Shown here: in pieces, positions 1 to 12,346 of the stretch | Numbering within the stretch: the first letter of the stretch is position 1 | How the letters are laid out: every line of letters starts with the position of its first letter | Assembly: GCA_000934665.2 (NCBI GenBank) | Contig: KZ538147.1 | Location: forward strand, 62,001 to 115,438 | Length of the DNA stretch: 53,438 bases | Source: Catajapyx aquilonaris | Lineage: Eukaryota | Direction of reading: 5' to 3' | Made by a program: the position numbers and the translations under genes | Notes under the pieces: generated by a model | Told to the model about the DNA's origin: nothing | Database searches by the model: none | What the model saw: the letters and a program-made list of their open reading frames with translations, nothing else

Positions 1-24
1 GGTGGTGGTGATTTACAAGCCAGG

Positions 25-3000
25 TCAAGCAAGGTCGGATGGAGGGAGGAGGTCAGGTGCAGGCCATAGCTTGTGAGAGTTCTGCTTTGTTGACCTGTCA
101 TGGTGAGCCTCTTCAGGGGATTTGGCTTCGCCTAGAATGCGCAATCTTGCCAATGCATACTCCTGCTCCCGCTGCTGTAAGGTCTTGAGCTGGCGGGGAC
201 GGGCCTCCCCGTTGCTCATTGGAAAGAAGGTGCCCTCCAACCCATCCTGACCTCCCAAAAGCCCTGCTCCCCCGTCTGGGGGTGGTTTGTCCCCTCCCCC
301 ACCACGCCTTCCAGGTCTCCTTAATATCTTGACTTGTGGCTCAGGTGGGACGTACTGTGATCTAACACTGTCTTCTACTACTGTCGTTGTTGCTCCAGGT
401 CCTGCTCCGGGTCCTGCTCCCGGACCTCTGCTGCGGGGGCAGCTGTTAAACGCAATGACATTATTAATCATTAACATGTTGCCTGGTACCCTAATCATGC
501 AAGTGGCATGAACCAACCAACCTTGATATTACAGATCCATCTTCTGTGGACAGCACTGCGAGCCTCATTTTTTCAAGTTTTTCATCCAGGGCCTGGAAAT
601 AAAACATCAGTAGAATGATGTAACAGTAATACCAAGTCAAGTCTTCACAGCAATGAGAATTATTTCACTGAGATTCCATTACGTTCCTGGCAAAGTAAAT
701 CCTTAAGTGCCTGCATCTAATGTGCAGGCAGACTCAAATGATTCACAAGCACACTGTCAATCCAGGGGTTAGGGTCCAACAAAATGGTCATAAAATAAAC
801 TCATAAAATTAGACTAAATTATATGAGGTGCAGTCAAAAATTACTTGAGCGTAATTTTTTAAATTGACACCAGAGCAATGTACAGTCTTTTGCGTTTGCC
901 TGGACCTTGCTACAAGCTGCTTAGAATTGAGCAACTGGTTACGTTCCAAAAGATACTCACAATATCAATATTAGTTGCAAATATTAAGTAAGAAATAAGC
1001 ATCTCTTAACGTAAAAATTGAATGGCCCAATGGCCAATTGTCTTACTTATTGGAAGTTCCTTGTAATTCATAGCCTGAAGAACACTAACTTATATTCAAC
1101 ATGACACTGGCTTATAATTTCCATATTCTATCCGTTTCATGTGGAAAATGTAGGTTTTATAGTGACTAAAATGGCCTATTTCGTGGTTTTGGGAACTATT
1201 TTGCCTATTCTGGCTTTTCGCGACTTTTCATGCCTATTTGGCCTTTTTTGGGATAGTTTTTGAACTTTTTGAAGCAATTTAGGGACTTTTTGGGCCAATT
1301 ACGGACCTATTTCTTCAGCTAGGCATGGTTGCTTTTTTTTTTGGGGGGGGGGGGGGGNTTTTTTTGTGCTGAAAGGACCAAAATCATTCAGAAGTAATAC
1401 AAATCATGGTTCTGTGACGAGTATTGTTTCAATCAGAGGAAAATTTAGAAAAGGATTTGGCAACATATTGTGCAAGTGGAAACTCGCTAAAGCGGTAGAG
1501 TCCAGAGCAAGTGATAGTTGCTTGAACTTTGTGTCTTTTGCCTAAGTTTCGTGATTTCCTGTCAGTTTATTGTTGGCATTCAGTTTTTGCTATGGTTTGT
1601 TACCTTATATTTTTTAGGCCTATAAAATTATTCTAGCTTTTTTATTTTGTGTAACATTATCCTCCATGCGCCTGAAAAAGTAAACATTGTGTGCCTATTT
1701 GAGGGTTTTTTCGTGCCTATTTCGGAGGTTTTTAGTGCCTAAAAATCCGGATTCTAATCATTAGAAATGCACTGTACACTTTGATTCTTTGGAAAACAAG
1801 CGATTACCGAAAGGCTTAATTTTCTATCCCTCTGCACGATAATATACTATGCCTTAAAATGAGATACTACATTTGATAAAGTGATTGTGAAAACTGCCAG
1901 GAAGAAGGCCAAGAAAGAAAATTGCAAGACTTCCATTGCACTAACAGATAATGTGAAGCAAAATACACATGCAAGCATTGGATTCATTAAAGAGGAACTT
2001 TGAATGAAATTAACAAACCATGCAACCTTTTCAACACAGAGCTTGAATTGACAGAGGGGTTGAGGAAGTTCGACACTCCCAGTTCTATTATACCTAACAG
2101 TCCAATTAAAGCTCGACCCTTGGGGGCCAATATGCCCCCTACCACCCTTCCGAGTAACAGGCTTCTAGTATATATTGGGGTCATCAGATGACTCCCCCTT
2201 TCCTCACTCCGGCAGGAAGGAAGGAAAACATTGCAACATTGCACAAGTGATGATAAATTGGTTGGTCAGATCTGCCAGAATTGGAGATGCTATCATGAAT
2301 TAGGACACACAGTGAATGAAGATCATGTGTTCCACATTATGAACAAAGACCATATGAATTCTACTTCTCCAAGTAGATTTAATATGTGAATTTCTCTTTT
2401 AAAATCTCAGGCCTTTATTGTCTATTTTAATAGTTCATCTCTCATTGGCACAAAATTAACAAGATAAGTAACATACTTAAGACAATCTCAAAAGTTTAAC
2501 TTTACAAGATAAAATAATCCCCAGTTGCTAATTTGCTGCTGGTCAAAATACTGCCACTATACAAAAAAAAGGCATGCCTGCACATTCTGATAAGATCATG
2601 CTTTCTATGGCTTTGTCTGGATCAAATTACCATATCACCATGTGCACACGCACCTTTGCTTTGGTACAATGGCAGAATAACTGTGTTTTTAGTGGTACAC
2701 TTGGGGGTCAGACTTGGAATAGTTTTGAACAGGTAATCAGATCATCAGAGCCCTCACCAGGTACACGAAAGGTGTTTTCACAGCTGCATCTGTGTATTGT
2801 GAGATTAATCAATCTATTCAGGAGTATACAACAAACTTAGGATTACTTAACTCAGTGTGTGCCAATTGAACATCCATTTTCAGGCCCTCTTCCTAGACTT
2901 TACCTAGCCATTCATGGCATAAATAATTTTCACTGGATGAAGCATGTCATTGCTGTTAATATTGTTGAATTAACATTAAATAACGATTTATAATGATATG

Positions 3001-4029
3001 ATCACAATACTTTTGTGAAATGAGAATAGCCCTAATCAAAAGTCGGTCTACCAACTGTTTGGAGTCAAGCAACACTCTCCCAGTACCATAGCCAAGATGT
3101 AGCTGCATTACTCCATCACCTCCGGACAAGGCAGCCCTGCTATTACCTACACTTTCAAACGAAACCTTAATCATGTCGGCCACTAATGAAAAGCACGATG
3201 TAGCATTAATTTTGAGCAGTAAAATATTTGCATTAATTTGAAACACATGGCGGTGAATATGACAGTTCATAAACGGTTCACAAAACATGAACATCCATGC
3301 CACTTCCTGCTCACAGCACATTCATCACTTGTCATCAACAGCTCCAAACATGTGTCTGCAATACACTGTGCACAACAGAGAAAATGTAAAGTTTTACAGT
3401 TCATTACAGAAACAAAATTCGGGCGTCGCATGTTCCGTTAGTGTCACATGTTCGGCCTTAGCCCTCTCCTGCTCAATTTCTCCAGCCTCTTTAACAACCA
3501 ATTAATTGTTTGAGTTAGTTCGTTAATATGGGGTCCCACTGCTAGTTATTGCTACCTTGGCAGTACCATTTCCAAGACTGGTTGAGTTAGCAGTAACTAG
3601 CAGTGAGAATTCCACCCATGGACTTTAAACTACTTTTACTTCCTACGGGTCAGTTAAAACACAAGAGAAACCAGGCCACCAGTGCAAATCATAACTTCAG
3701 GGCGACTTGCTCCCTTGTCAACCCTCACCAAGTCCAGCAACCGGTTCTAGACGCAACAAAGTAACATTCAACCCGCAAGATCGGGTCATAACCTCCGCAT
3801 ACCACTAAAATAACAGTGAACCGAGTTAGCGCTAGGCCTAGTAAGAAAGGCAAAATCTAATTCCCCCGGCCCCTGAGGCCCAACCAAAGCGGTTGGGCGG
3901 GTGGCGGGTGGTCCCCCGCAGCCTCCGCCCCTGGCAAACGAATATTCGGGCGGCCCCTGCACTGACCCCAGAGTCGAGCATTTCCTCCCAGCTCTCGCAG
4001 ACATCGCCATCTTCGCTCGACGCCGCCAT
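25..4029 (-). CDS. SZRD1: SUZ domain-containing protein 1 (3 exons visible; 3' end uncertain)
   Basis: Exons are 4029-3967 (MAASSEDGDVCESWEEMLDSG|GTCAGT), 592-522 (ALDEKLEKMRLAV...) and 442 downward, with consistent phases. Exon 3 carries the SUZ motifs PQVKILRRP and KTLQQREQEYALARLRILG. It either reads to the stop at 25 or splices at a donor near 95 to an exon outside the window; the usual C-terminal RQPxGPDG motif is not seen. Confidence 0.85.
1150..1756. mobile_element. Truncated copy (right part) of hAT-like non-autonomous element
   Basis: Shares long blocks with 39960-40393, e.g. GTGCAAGTGGAAAC..GCGGTAGAGTCCAGAGCAAGTG, repeated GCCTATTT motifs and the terminus CCTAAAAATCCGGA.TCTA. The left end is not recognisable. 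Confidence 0.75.
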
Positions 4030-4293
4030 CTTGGATCCGGGAGTGCGAGAAATCTCGGCCAGGCGGCGATCCGGGCGACGACAAGCGGCCGGGCTCTTCA
4101 CTGCCCGACGCCCCGGGAAGTTTCAAAAGGTGATGTCCTCTCTCCTTCTTCTTCTTCTTTTTTTTGGTTGGATCAGCAGGCGGGTTGGGGAAGGGGGTGT
4201 TCAAACGAGGGCGGCCCCCAGGGTCCTCACAGACGAGGGGGTTTATGGCGACCGGCCATTCTTGCCTCGTCTGAGCGGGACTGCCTCCAGAGG
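4030..4293. promoter_or_regulatory. Putative bidirectional promoter SZRD1/TTC36, with probable non-coding first exon of TTC36
   Basis: GC/CpG-rich island. A YY1-like AAGATGGCGG overlaps the SZRD1 ATG. There is a plus-strand donor GG|GTGAGT at 4294 and an acceptor CTGCAG ending at 5484, upstream of the TTC36 ATG. Confidence 0.5.
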
Positions 4294-5550
4294 GTGAGTG
4301 GCTTTCCCTCCCGCAGCCTTTGGTGCCAAATGGAGTGGTGGTGGTTGCGGTGTGGACGGTAAAATTTTTCGGTGGCCTTTTGGCGACAACAATATATTGT
4401 AGGCCAGTTTCTTTGGATACGGCATAAATGAGGCTGAATGAGCACATTGGGCTGTTTTGCTCAGATCCTCCACATGTGATGGGGACAAGCTTGCCATGTG
4501 TAGTAAGAGGGACTGCTTCACAGGTCAATATAGTTCCGTTTGAGATATACCGGGAGGTGCTGTACTTACAAAGATTGAATAGCATGGTTTTTGGAGTTTT
4601 TGAATTACTGCCTGCTAACAAACCCATCTATACCATATGTGTGTATCGTACACAAGATGGTTCACTGCATAAATAAACACATATAGTGGCAAAGGGTAAG
4701 AAGATACTCAGCAAACAGCTACAATAATATCAACAATAATTGTGACAAGTGAATAGGGAATATAATTATTGTTTGTTGTTTCCAGTTTCTTCTTTTTATA
4801 ATGGTTGTTGAGGTAAACTATCCCTTCATCTCCCCTACCCTCCTCTTGAAATGAAAACACTGAGGAAAACACCTTGTTTTTCCAAGCCAAGTTATGAGTG
4901 AGTTACAACTGCTTATCAACACTACATAATGATCTTGAAAACAAGTTGATTATATGCTAATCAAATTATTCACAATTGTAGCAATTTGCACTAGTTATAA
5001 CTGTATTTTATAGTCAATATACTAAAGCAAAGAAGTATTTTTAAATCGTGTTACAATTTAGTGTTAACTTCCTTTTTGAATCTGTCGTCAGAGTCAGACA
5101 TTCAGAAGATGCTCCAACAATCCCATCAAAATGATGAGCACATGCTGTACATTGGACCAAAAGCATTATACGCCACACCAAGATCTACTTGAACTCTAGT
5201 ATATCCAATCTTTGCCTCACACTCTAAACTAAATGACCACATTATCTGCAATTTTAAAAGTGTGAAAAAAATAAAAATGTTTTCAAAACAAGGACAAAAT
5301 TAATCTACATCCAGAATCTTGACCTGACTTGCTCCAAATGTATGCATACGTACTTACAACATTGCACACATTTTGCAGGGGTGAACAAAAAATGTTGGCC
5401 TTATCAACTGGGAGCCATTTCAAATTTTTTGACCTTATGATCTGCTCTGTTGAGTTCCCTTCACCCTAAAGACCTTCACTGCAGATAAGAGAGGGGAAAT
5501 GAGCTTTCTCTTTCTCAAGTTGTCATACGAACTTTCTTGTTTGAGGAAAG

Positions 5551-6442
5551 ATGGCAACAGAAGCAGACAGGGCTATTCTTGACAGCATATTGGAGCCCTT
5601 GTTACCTCAGCAACAACCTGCCGAGGCCGTGCATGATGAAGGATATGTCACATCCACTGGTAAAGATTTGTGATATTTTTTTCATTGAATTACCTTGTTG
5701 AAACCATTCCACCTTTGGTAGAATCAGGAGATGACAGTCACTTGGAGTTAATTCGTGGCATAGAACTGGAAGGAGTTTCCCTGGCAGAAAAAGGAGAGAT
5801 GGAAGCTGCAGTATCACAATTTTCCAGAGCCATTGAGTTAGCACCTGACTGTCCATCACCGTATAACAACCGTGCCCAAGCCTATCGCCTTCTTGGAAAT
5901 GTGGAATGTGGGTATTACTTTAATATCAGTTAACACTTCTGCCGAAACAGGGTCAGCTGATGTAGCAAAATTTAAATGCAGTGCAAAACAAATGCTTTTT
6001 TCCACTACCTGCCATTAACAGCACTTTTAAAACAACTTTTCATAACTGAGTTGCTGCTTATGTCTGATAGTGCAGTTGCCTCCAAAATCTTGTGAATTTT
6101 TTTGCTCCAGTTGCTGAAGCAGATCTCGATGCAGCAGTAGAACTGAGCAGAAAAATAGGAACAAAGGCAAAAAATGTGCTGATCCGTGCCCTGTGCCAGC
6201 GTGGGCTTCTGCGACGGTACAACGGCAATGACGAGGGTGCAAAGAGTGACTTCGACTCAGCAGCCAAGCTTGGTAGCTCTTTTGCCAAAGAACAGGTTAG
6301 CCAATAGATTGTAAGATCACAGACATATTCTACGTGTTGTATAACTTACATTTTATTATCATCCCAGTTGGTGCGAATGAACCCATACGCAGCTCTCTGC
6401 AGCCAGATTGTGTCACAGGTGATGGGACGTTTGCGCCATTAA
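5551..6442 (+). CDS. TTC36: Tetratricopeptide repeat protein 36
   Basis: Exons 5551-5659, 5722-5907, 6111-6295 and 6368-6442 are GT-AG and in phase. TPR motifs SPYNNRAQAYRL and ALCQRGLLRR are present, with the diagnostic end AAKLGSSFAKEQLVRMNPYAALC. Confidence 0.9.
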
Positions 6443-6694
6443 AATGGGAAAAAGACACAACAACAGGATACCTGTGGGAACACTGAATCACTCCACTATT
6501 GCCGACCTCATTATCAGACAAATCCACTGAGCTGCTGAATACACATGTACTTAGCATCCTTTCTGATTAAATCATACAAATGGTAAAGATCATTGAAGTA
6601 CAGTGTTGTTATTAATGCACACAACTCTACTGGCCCCGAGATTAACACTCTTTACGTGATGGTGTGGACAGGGAGTGATGGGACATGGTGAGGG

Positions 6695-9600
6695 TTAGGA
6701 ATCCTCTTCTGGGGCACTGTCATTATCGTCGCCTTCACCAGGAGGTTCAACCATCTCAAAATCTCTCTCAGGTTGTGACTTCTGGCCACTACTGCTCTCA
6801 GATTCAGAATTTGCTTCAGATTGGCTACCTTTCCTGAAATAAAAAGTTGTTTTCAGGCACAAAATTATGTGATAAACCAGTGAAAACAAATTATGAAGAG
6901 TAGCATGACTATACAGGGTGTGTCACATTCTTTCAAGGGTATACTGATATTCTGACAAGAGTAGAGGATATTTATTACCTAACAGCATCATCGTCATCAT
7001 CTTCCTCCTCTTCGTCCTCCCCTCCTTGGTCCCCTTCGCTTCGCCTCTTTTTAGGTGCATCAGGATGGGAATCATTCTCCTCCTCCGAGCCACTCTTCTT
7101 ACTCTTACGCCTCTTCCGGTCTTCACCAGAAGTTTTGTCACCACCATCCTTATTAGAGGAAGGCCCATGGTACTCATACTTCCAGAGTGGCCAAAATGAG
7201 GCGAAGAAACCAACATCCTCGGTGAGGTTTGGCAGGAGCCAGAGATGGTGACGTCCCAATGTGACCATCCAAAGGAGACAGAACACTACTACTCTTAGGA
7301 CAGCCAAGCCAATTATCACCACCAGAACTCCAGCTGCTGCCACACTCAAGTACCACACCCCTTGTCTGGGTTAAAACGTAGCATCATTAGTATAAATAGT
7401 CACGCTTCTTCACATTCAGAATTTACACATCTGATATTGACTGAAAATTACCTGACAATGGGAGGCCATAGTGGGAAAAGACAAACCGCAATGGCGCCAA
7501 CCACAAGCAAACCTCCTATAAACCAGTAGTGTATTGGAACTGGGTCGTAGAGCCAAACGTATGCCTCTGGTCCGTCAACCACAACTTGGTGCAAATGCAT
7601 GTCAAGACGGATCTTCCTCTTCCGTTGCACCTTCTCCTCTCCCCCACCACTCCCAGCACCTTCCTCTGTTCCACTTCCTTTGTTCTCCCCAGAACCTTTA
7701 ATGCCCTTCTTGCGATGGCGGAGCTCTGACTCAGCCACCGGGATCTTTTTCGCACGGTGGAAAAACTTGTCTCGTAGCATCCTGTTGCAAGAAAAGATTC
7801 AATGTTATGAAATCTGTTCAACTAACCATTATAATGATAAACATACAAGTCCAAGAACTCGACGACAGAGTCCCGCGTTGTAAAAAGAGAGTCGTCCTTT
7901 CGCTTGGCCCATGGTGAATCCAGCAGAAGATCGATTGCTTTTGAAGCTGTCCAAAGCAAAGGGCATATCGAAATGTCAAAATGAAAACATATTGTGACAG
8001 GCTATGTACAAAATTGTTTTATACCGAGCAAAAAGTTTTGGACGACTGGTTGAGTAGTCACAAGAGGTCTGGTGGATATCATTAGTAGGATACCATCATA
8101 CAGACAGAACTGCAATGTCACACCTAAGACCAGTTATGGCTTGTGGTCTTAGTTGTCTCAACTATTCATATCAAACCATGTTTCCAACCAGTTGTTCAAA
8201 TCTTTCTTGGTTTGGTATAATACACTAGAATGCACCAGAATGTACAATATTATTTGTTATTAAAGCATGCAGGCACTTCTTCTTTTGAGTGAAGTGTAAG
8301 AAGCAATATAAATTACACACACACATTAGGCCAACACTTATTCCATCATAACAGTTGTGATGAGTTGGCCAGATTCAAAAGTGAACTCATGTTTAGGTTG
8401 CACAACTGCCATTAGCAGGTATGTTGTATGAGCAACTAATGCAGTTTCAAAAGCACTTACAACAACAAACACAATTTGGCACTAATGCAAGTTGACACAT
8501 TTAAGAACCTTTTCTGTAATTGCATAATAATGCTCCTAATACAAATTCAATAACCCACCATTTAGGCTACTGGAGGTCTCATTTATACTAAACTTTTGAC
8601 CCATAATTTTGCTAGAATGTCAGGTTTGTGACAATATATTAATTAATAATTTTGTTAATACTAGTTGACTCAAAACAGAGAAATCTCAAAAACCCTACCA
8701 TGAAAGACTTAAATGACAAAGAACTTTTGGTTGCCTAAAGACAAATGTGACAGCACCCGCCCTGCCTCTTATCCTGGAATTTATGCACAGATAAGGTCCT
8801 GAGTGTAGCCCCTGTCATGCATTTTGGTCATAGTCCCTGAATTTTCAACATTTCTCACCCTACATTTCTAACTTGCACTTGCTCAATAAGTACATTGGCA
8901 GGAAATTGATATGGAGTTCTGACTCCCTTTGTATTGCTTCAGTTTAGATTGGATGTTAACTATTTATATGTTCACTTTGATTACAATGGAAGTTGTTGTC
9001 TCAATATCAAGTCAATATGCCACACACTCCGCTCCACAATCCTTCACTTTTTAAAAATACTAACATAGCATACTATTGCACACTCCCTTATCTCATCAAG
9101 GTGCATATTTTCGCATGGCACTTAATATTATCAAGGGAGTTAATATATGCATGATACTGTAATGTCTTGCACAAATCCCACAAATAATAAAAACCTTGTT
9201 ATCCTATTGCTCTCCCTGCTGAAATGTAGTTTCTCTCCAGCCATTTACAGGCAAAATAATGGTGGAATGAAATGAAATAAATTGAAAGAATTGTTGTAGA
9301 CACAACAAGTGCAAAAATTGTAGCCACCTTACACCTAAGAATCAAGTTTTACTATATATTCCTTACCACATCCCAATCACACGGTGTGAAAACAGTTGTA
9401 GCAGACGACAGATTCAGTGGGATCTTCCCCTTTACTAAATAAAAAAAAGTTTCGCCTCAACACAGGCTTTTCAGGGTGCTTATGCTGTTTATAAGGGAAA
9501 CTTTACCTGAACAGTGTCTGCTACAAACGGGTTTCCCCACATATGAAATGACTCAGCATTACAGAGTATTACAATCAGTATACTCGGCTACAATACCTGT

Positions 9601-10087
9601 CTCCTCTTACCCCTAAAGTATGGTGAAACCTGCCTCTAGTTCTGCCAATAATAATTTTTCACTGTACCCCACAAAACACAATCATTAAATCCTGCATCAA
9701 AACTGTGACCTTTTGCATTCATTCTGACAGCTTCACCTGCTCGACACAGCAATATATGACATTCGCTTTTGCAATGCCACACACTGTACCCTCGACAACA
9801 TTGCAAAACCACCCAATTCCAAATTGATACTGACATGTGAAGTACTCCACGTTATGGGACAGGAACTTGGTCTTCTTGGTTGGAACATTCTTCTTCATCC
9901 ATTTGGCCACCGAGTACTCATCCTTGGACGGCGCCTCCTTCTTGGGCGACGGTGCCACGTCCTGCAATATACCCGCCGCACAGTGTCACACACGCACACC
10001 CAGTCCCCGGTACGACCCCCGTCCTTCCCAAGGAAAACCAGTGACACTCACCTCCTTTCGCTTCTTCCCCTTTCGCCTGTCCGCCAT
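6695..10087 (-). CDS. SEC62: Translocation protein SEC62
   Basis: Exons 10087-10052, 9961-9835, 7946-7847, 7781-7452, 7365-6979 and 6833-6695 are in phase. Motifs include FFHRAKK, YVWLYDP, CLFPLWP, WLLPNLTEDVGFFASFWPL, two TM segments and a C-terminal DFEMV (LIR-like). Confidence 0.95.
8019..8220. mobile_element. Degenerate MITE in SEC62 intron
   Basis: Imperfect inverted termini TTATACCGAGCAAAAAGTTTTGGACGACTGGTTG / CAACCAGTTGTTCAAATCTTTCTTGGTTTGGTATAA. Confidence 0.5.
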
Positions 10088-10547
10088 CTTTGTGGTCCTA
10101 CACGTCACCCCAACAACACACACGTCTTTGCTCTCCGATCGACCTTGTTCCGCTACTATGCAAATCCGCCTTTTTGGATCCTCTGTTTCCCCGTGTATTT
10201 CATTCTTCCATAATTATGCCTAGCCCCCTGTGCAAGCGGGGCAACAAAGCGGCGGGTTGTGACGTATTTACAGTAATGTGACCCAAGGGATGGGGCCGGA
10301 GTTGGGGTGGGCCAGCCAGCAGGCGGCGCCTCAACCTCCATTTTCACCCATCATCTGATGGGAAGGGAAGCGTGGAATTTAAACGCATTCCTTCGGTTTT
10401 ATTGCAAAAAAAAAAAAAATGATGTTAATAAATGACTATTGCCCCAGATAGGAGGAGAAAATAAGTGACGAGCTCGAGACGCTGGATCTGTCCCACATCT
10501 TTTAAGAATGTAGTGTGCAATAATAGCCAATTTTCATACATGTAGTG
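10088..10547. promoter_or_regulatory. Putative bidirectional promoter SEC62/DNAJC28
   Basis: The divergent start codons are 460 bp apart with a GC-rich core. A YY1-like AAGATGGCGG sits at the SEC62 start. Confidence 0.5.
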
Positions 10548-11853
10548 ATGCAGTGGGTTAGTGTGACATGTAACCACAGGCGTAATGCTTTATTGCTTCG
10601 GCTACATGCTGTTGCAAATGTTCATCTATCGTCTTCCAACCTGGGACGGGTCATGCAGGATGGGGATTACGCGGTAGGTTTGTTTGAATTCCATGGAAGA
10701 ATGGTTGCTGTAATTCAGATCCTGTTCCAGGAATGCTATGCTGCACTGGAACTTTCTCCAGACTGTGATCAGAACCAGCTGCGCTCCGCCTACCTTGAGA
10801 TGGTGAAGCGATATCATCCGGACTCGGGAACGTCGCCAGATGCAGACCCTGAGAAGTTCCTGCAGGTGGATCGAGCTTATAGGAAGCTCCAGCTTAAGTT
10901 CAGTCGAGAACGATGGAGTGCAAGGCAGGGTGAAGGGGAATATGGATTATATTATGATGAAAAGAAGAAGGCAGAAGAAGAGGATGAAAAGTACAATATC
11001 AAGGTGATACAGCACTCTCTTTACGAAGGATTTTTTTAAATGCAAGGAAATTAAGTAATGAAGTGTATGGTATTTCTGCAATTATCTTGGGATCTTGCAG
11101 CACACTGCACCCCAACACCGCCAGTATCTGAGCTTTGATGGAATTGGTTATGGAACTCCAAGTCAACGGCAGCACCAGCATCAGAAAGTACGTGCAGTGC
11201 AGGCTGCTGAGAATGTTTACCGTCACAGGGTGTCTCGTCTAGGGACCTCAGAGCAGGAAGAGTCTCGGCACTTAGAGCGCATACGAAGGGCAAAGACGAA
11301 AGGCCTTGGTATTGAACGATTGGTTGAAGACTTGATCCTCGAGTCCATGAACAAAGGAGAGTTTGATAACCTTTCTGGGCAAGGTAAACCACTTGCAAGG
11401 GTCAGAGAGACACAGCTTAATCCATATGTGGACTTCATGACCCATAGGATAAACCAGGTTCTAATAGACAGTGGGTTTGTGCCTGAGTGGGTGCAGCTGG
11501 AGAAGGATATCAGATTGGACATAAAAAAGATACAGGACCTGCTGAAAAGGGAAAGGTCATTTTTGGGTCCCTTTCCACTAACATCGGATGAAGAGAGCAA
11601 TTGGCTTCAGTTCCTGAATAAAGTAGAGGGTGAGGAGGTGAAAGTGCTCAACTCCAAGATTAACAATTACAACTTGTTGGTGCCATCAATGGCCAAGCAG
11701 AGGACACTTTTTAAGCTGAAAATCCATGCCGATAAGGTGTTGCAGGAAGGGAACCACTCACAGGGTACACGTGCTGAAAGAGAGCCAGACAAAAAGGTAG
11801 GTGCATCTAGTGGTGGACTTTTCAGTTTGCTGTCTCAACTAGTCAAAGGGTAA
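10548..11853 (+). CDS. DNAJC28: DnaJ homolog subfamily C member 28 (J domain + DUF1992)
   Basis: Probable exons are 10548-10673, 10731-11003 and 11101-11853. The J-domain HPD motif (KRYHPDSG) is followed by IKHTAPQHRQYLSFDG, IERLVEDLILESMNKGEFDNLSGQGKPL and LIDSGFVPEWVQLEKDI. Confidence 0.92.
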
Positions 11854-12346
11854 TGTTGGCTGAAAAATAATTTCTCAATGGAATAAAACCTTACCAAAAA
11901 CACTGAAATAGCATTATTTTAATTGTGGCTATTTCGAGGCACACAGCAACATTTATTGCAGTGCTTTTAATATTTAAGATCCTGAAAGTAGGTGACAGCA
12001 TATATGCTGTTGACCATGCTGATTTTCTTCAAGAGCAGCTTTCTAAGTTTTAAAACACAGTTAAATCCTTTGCAACCATGAACTGGTCTAAAAGTACAGA
12101 TCAGATCTTTGGAAAGAAAATAATAAGACTCGTGTTACAAGTGCTGAAAAATAGCCACGAAAATCTCACGAAGACACATTCTCCATTTGTTGCCTAAACT
12201 AGTCCGAGGCTAATTTTATTGCTACTTTGCCTGCAAAATAATGTTCCCAATATAATAAAACTAATGCAAAAATATGTTGGAATGGCACTATTTTTGATTC
12301 TGGACATTTGTTTCTTGGAAGACATGGTGGAGAGTAATTGTTGGTA

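Noticed and set aside
3857..4627. 256-aa minus-strand ORF
   Set aside because: It spans a GC-rich promoter, overlaps SZRD1 exon 1 in another frame, and has no recognisable domain.
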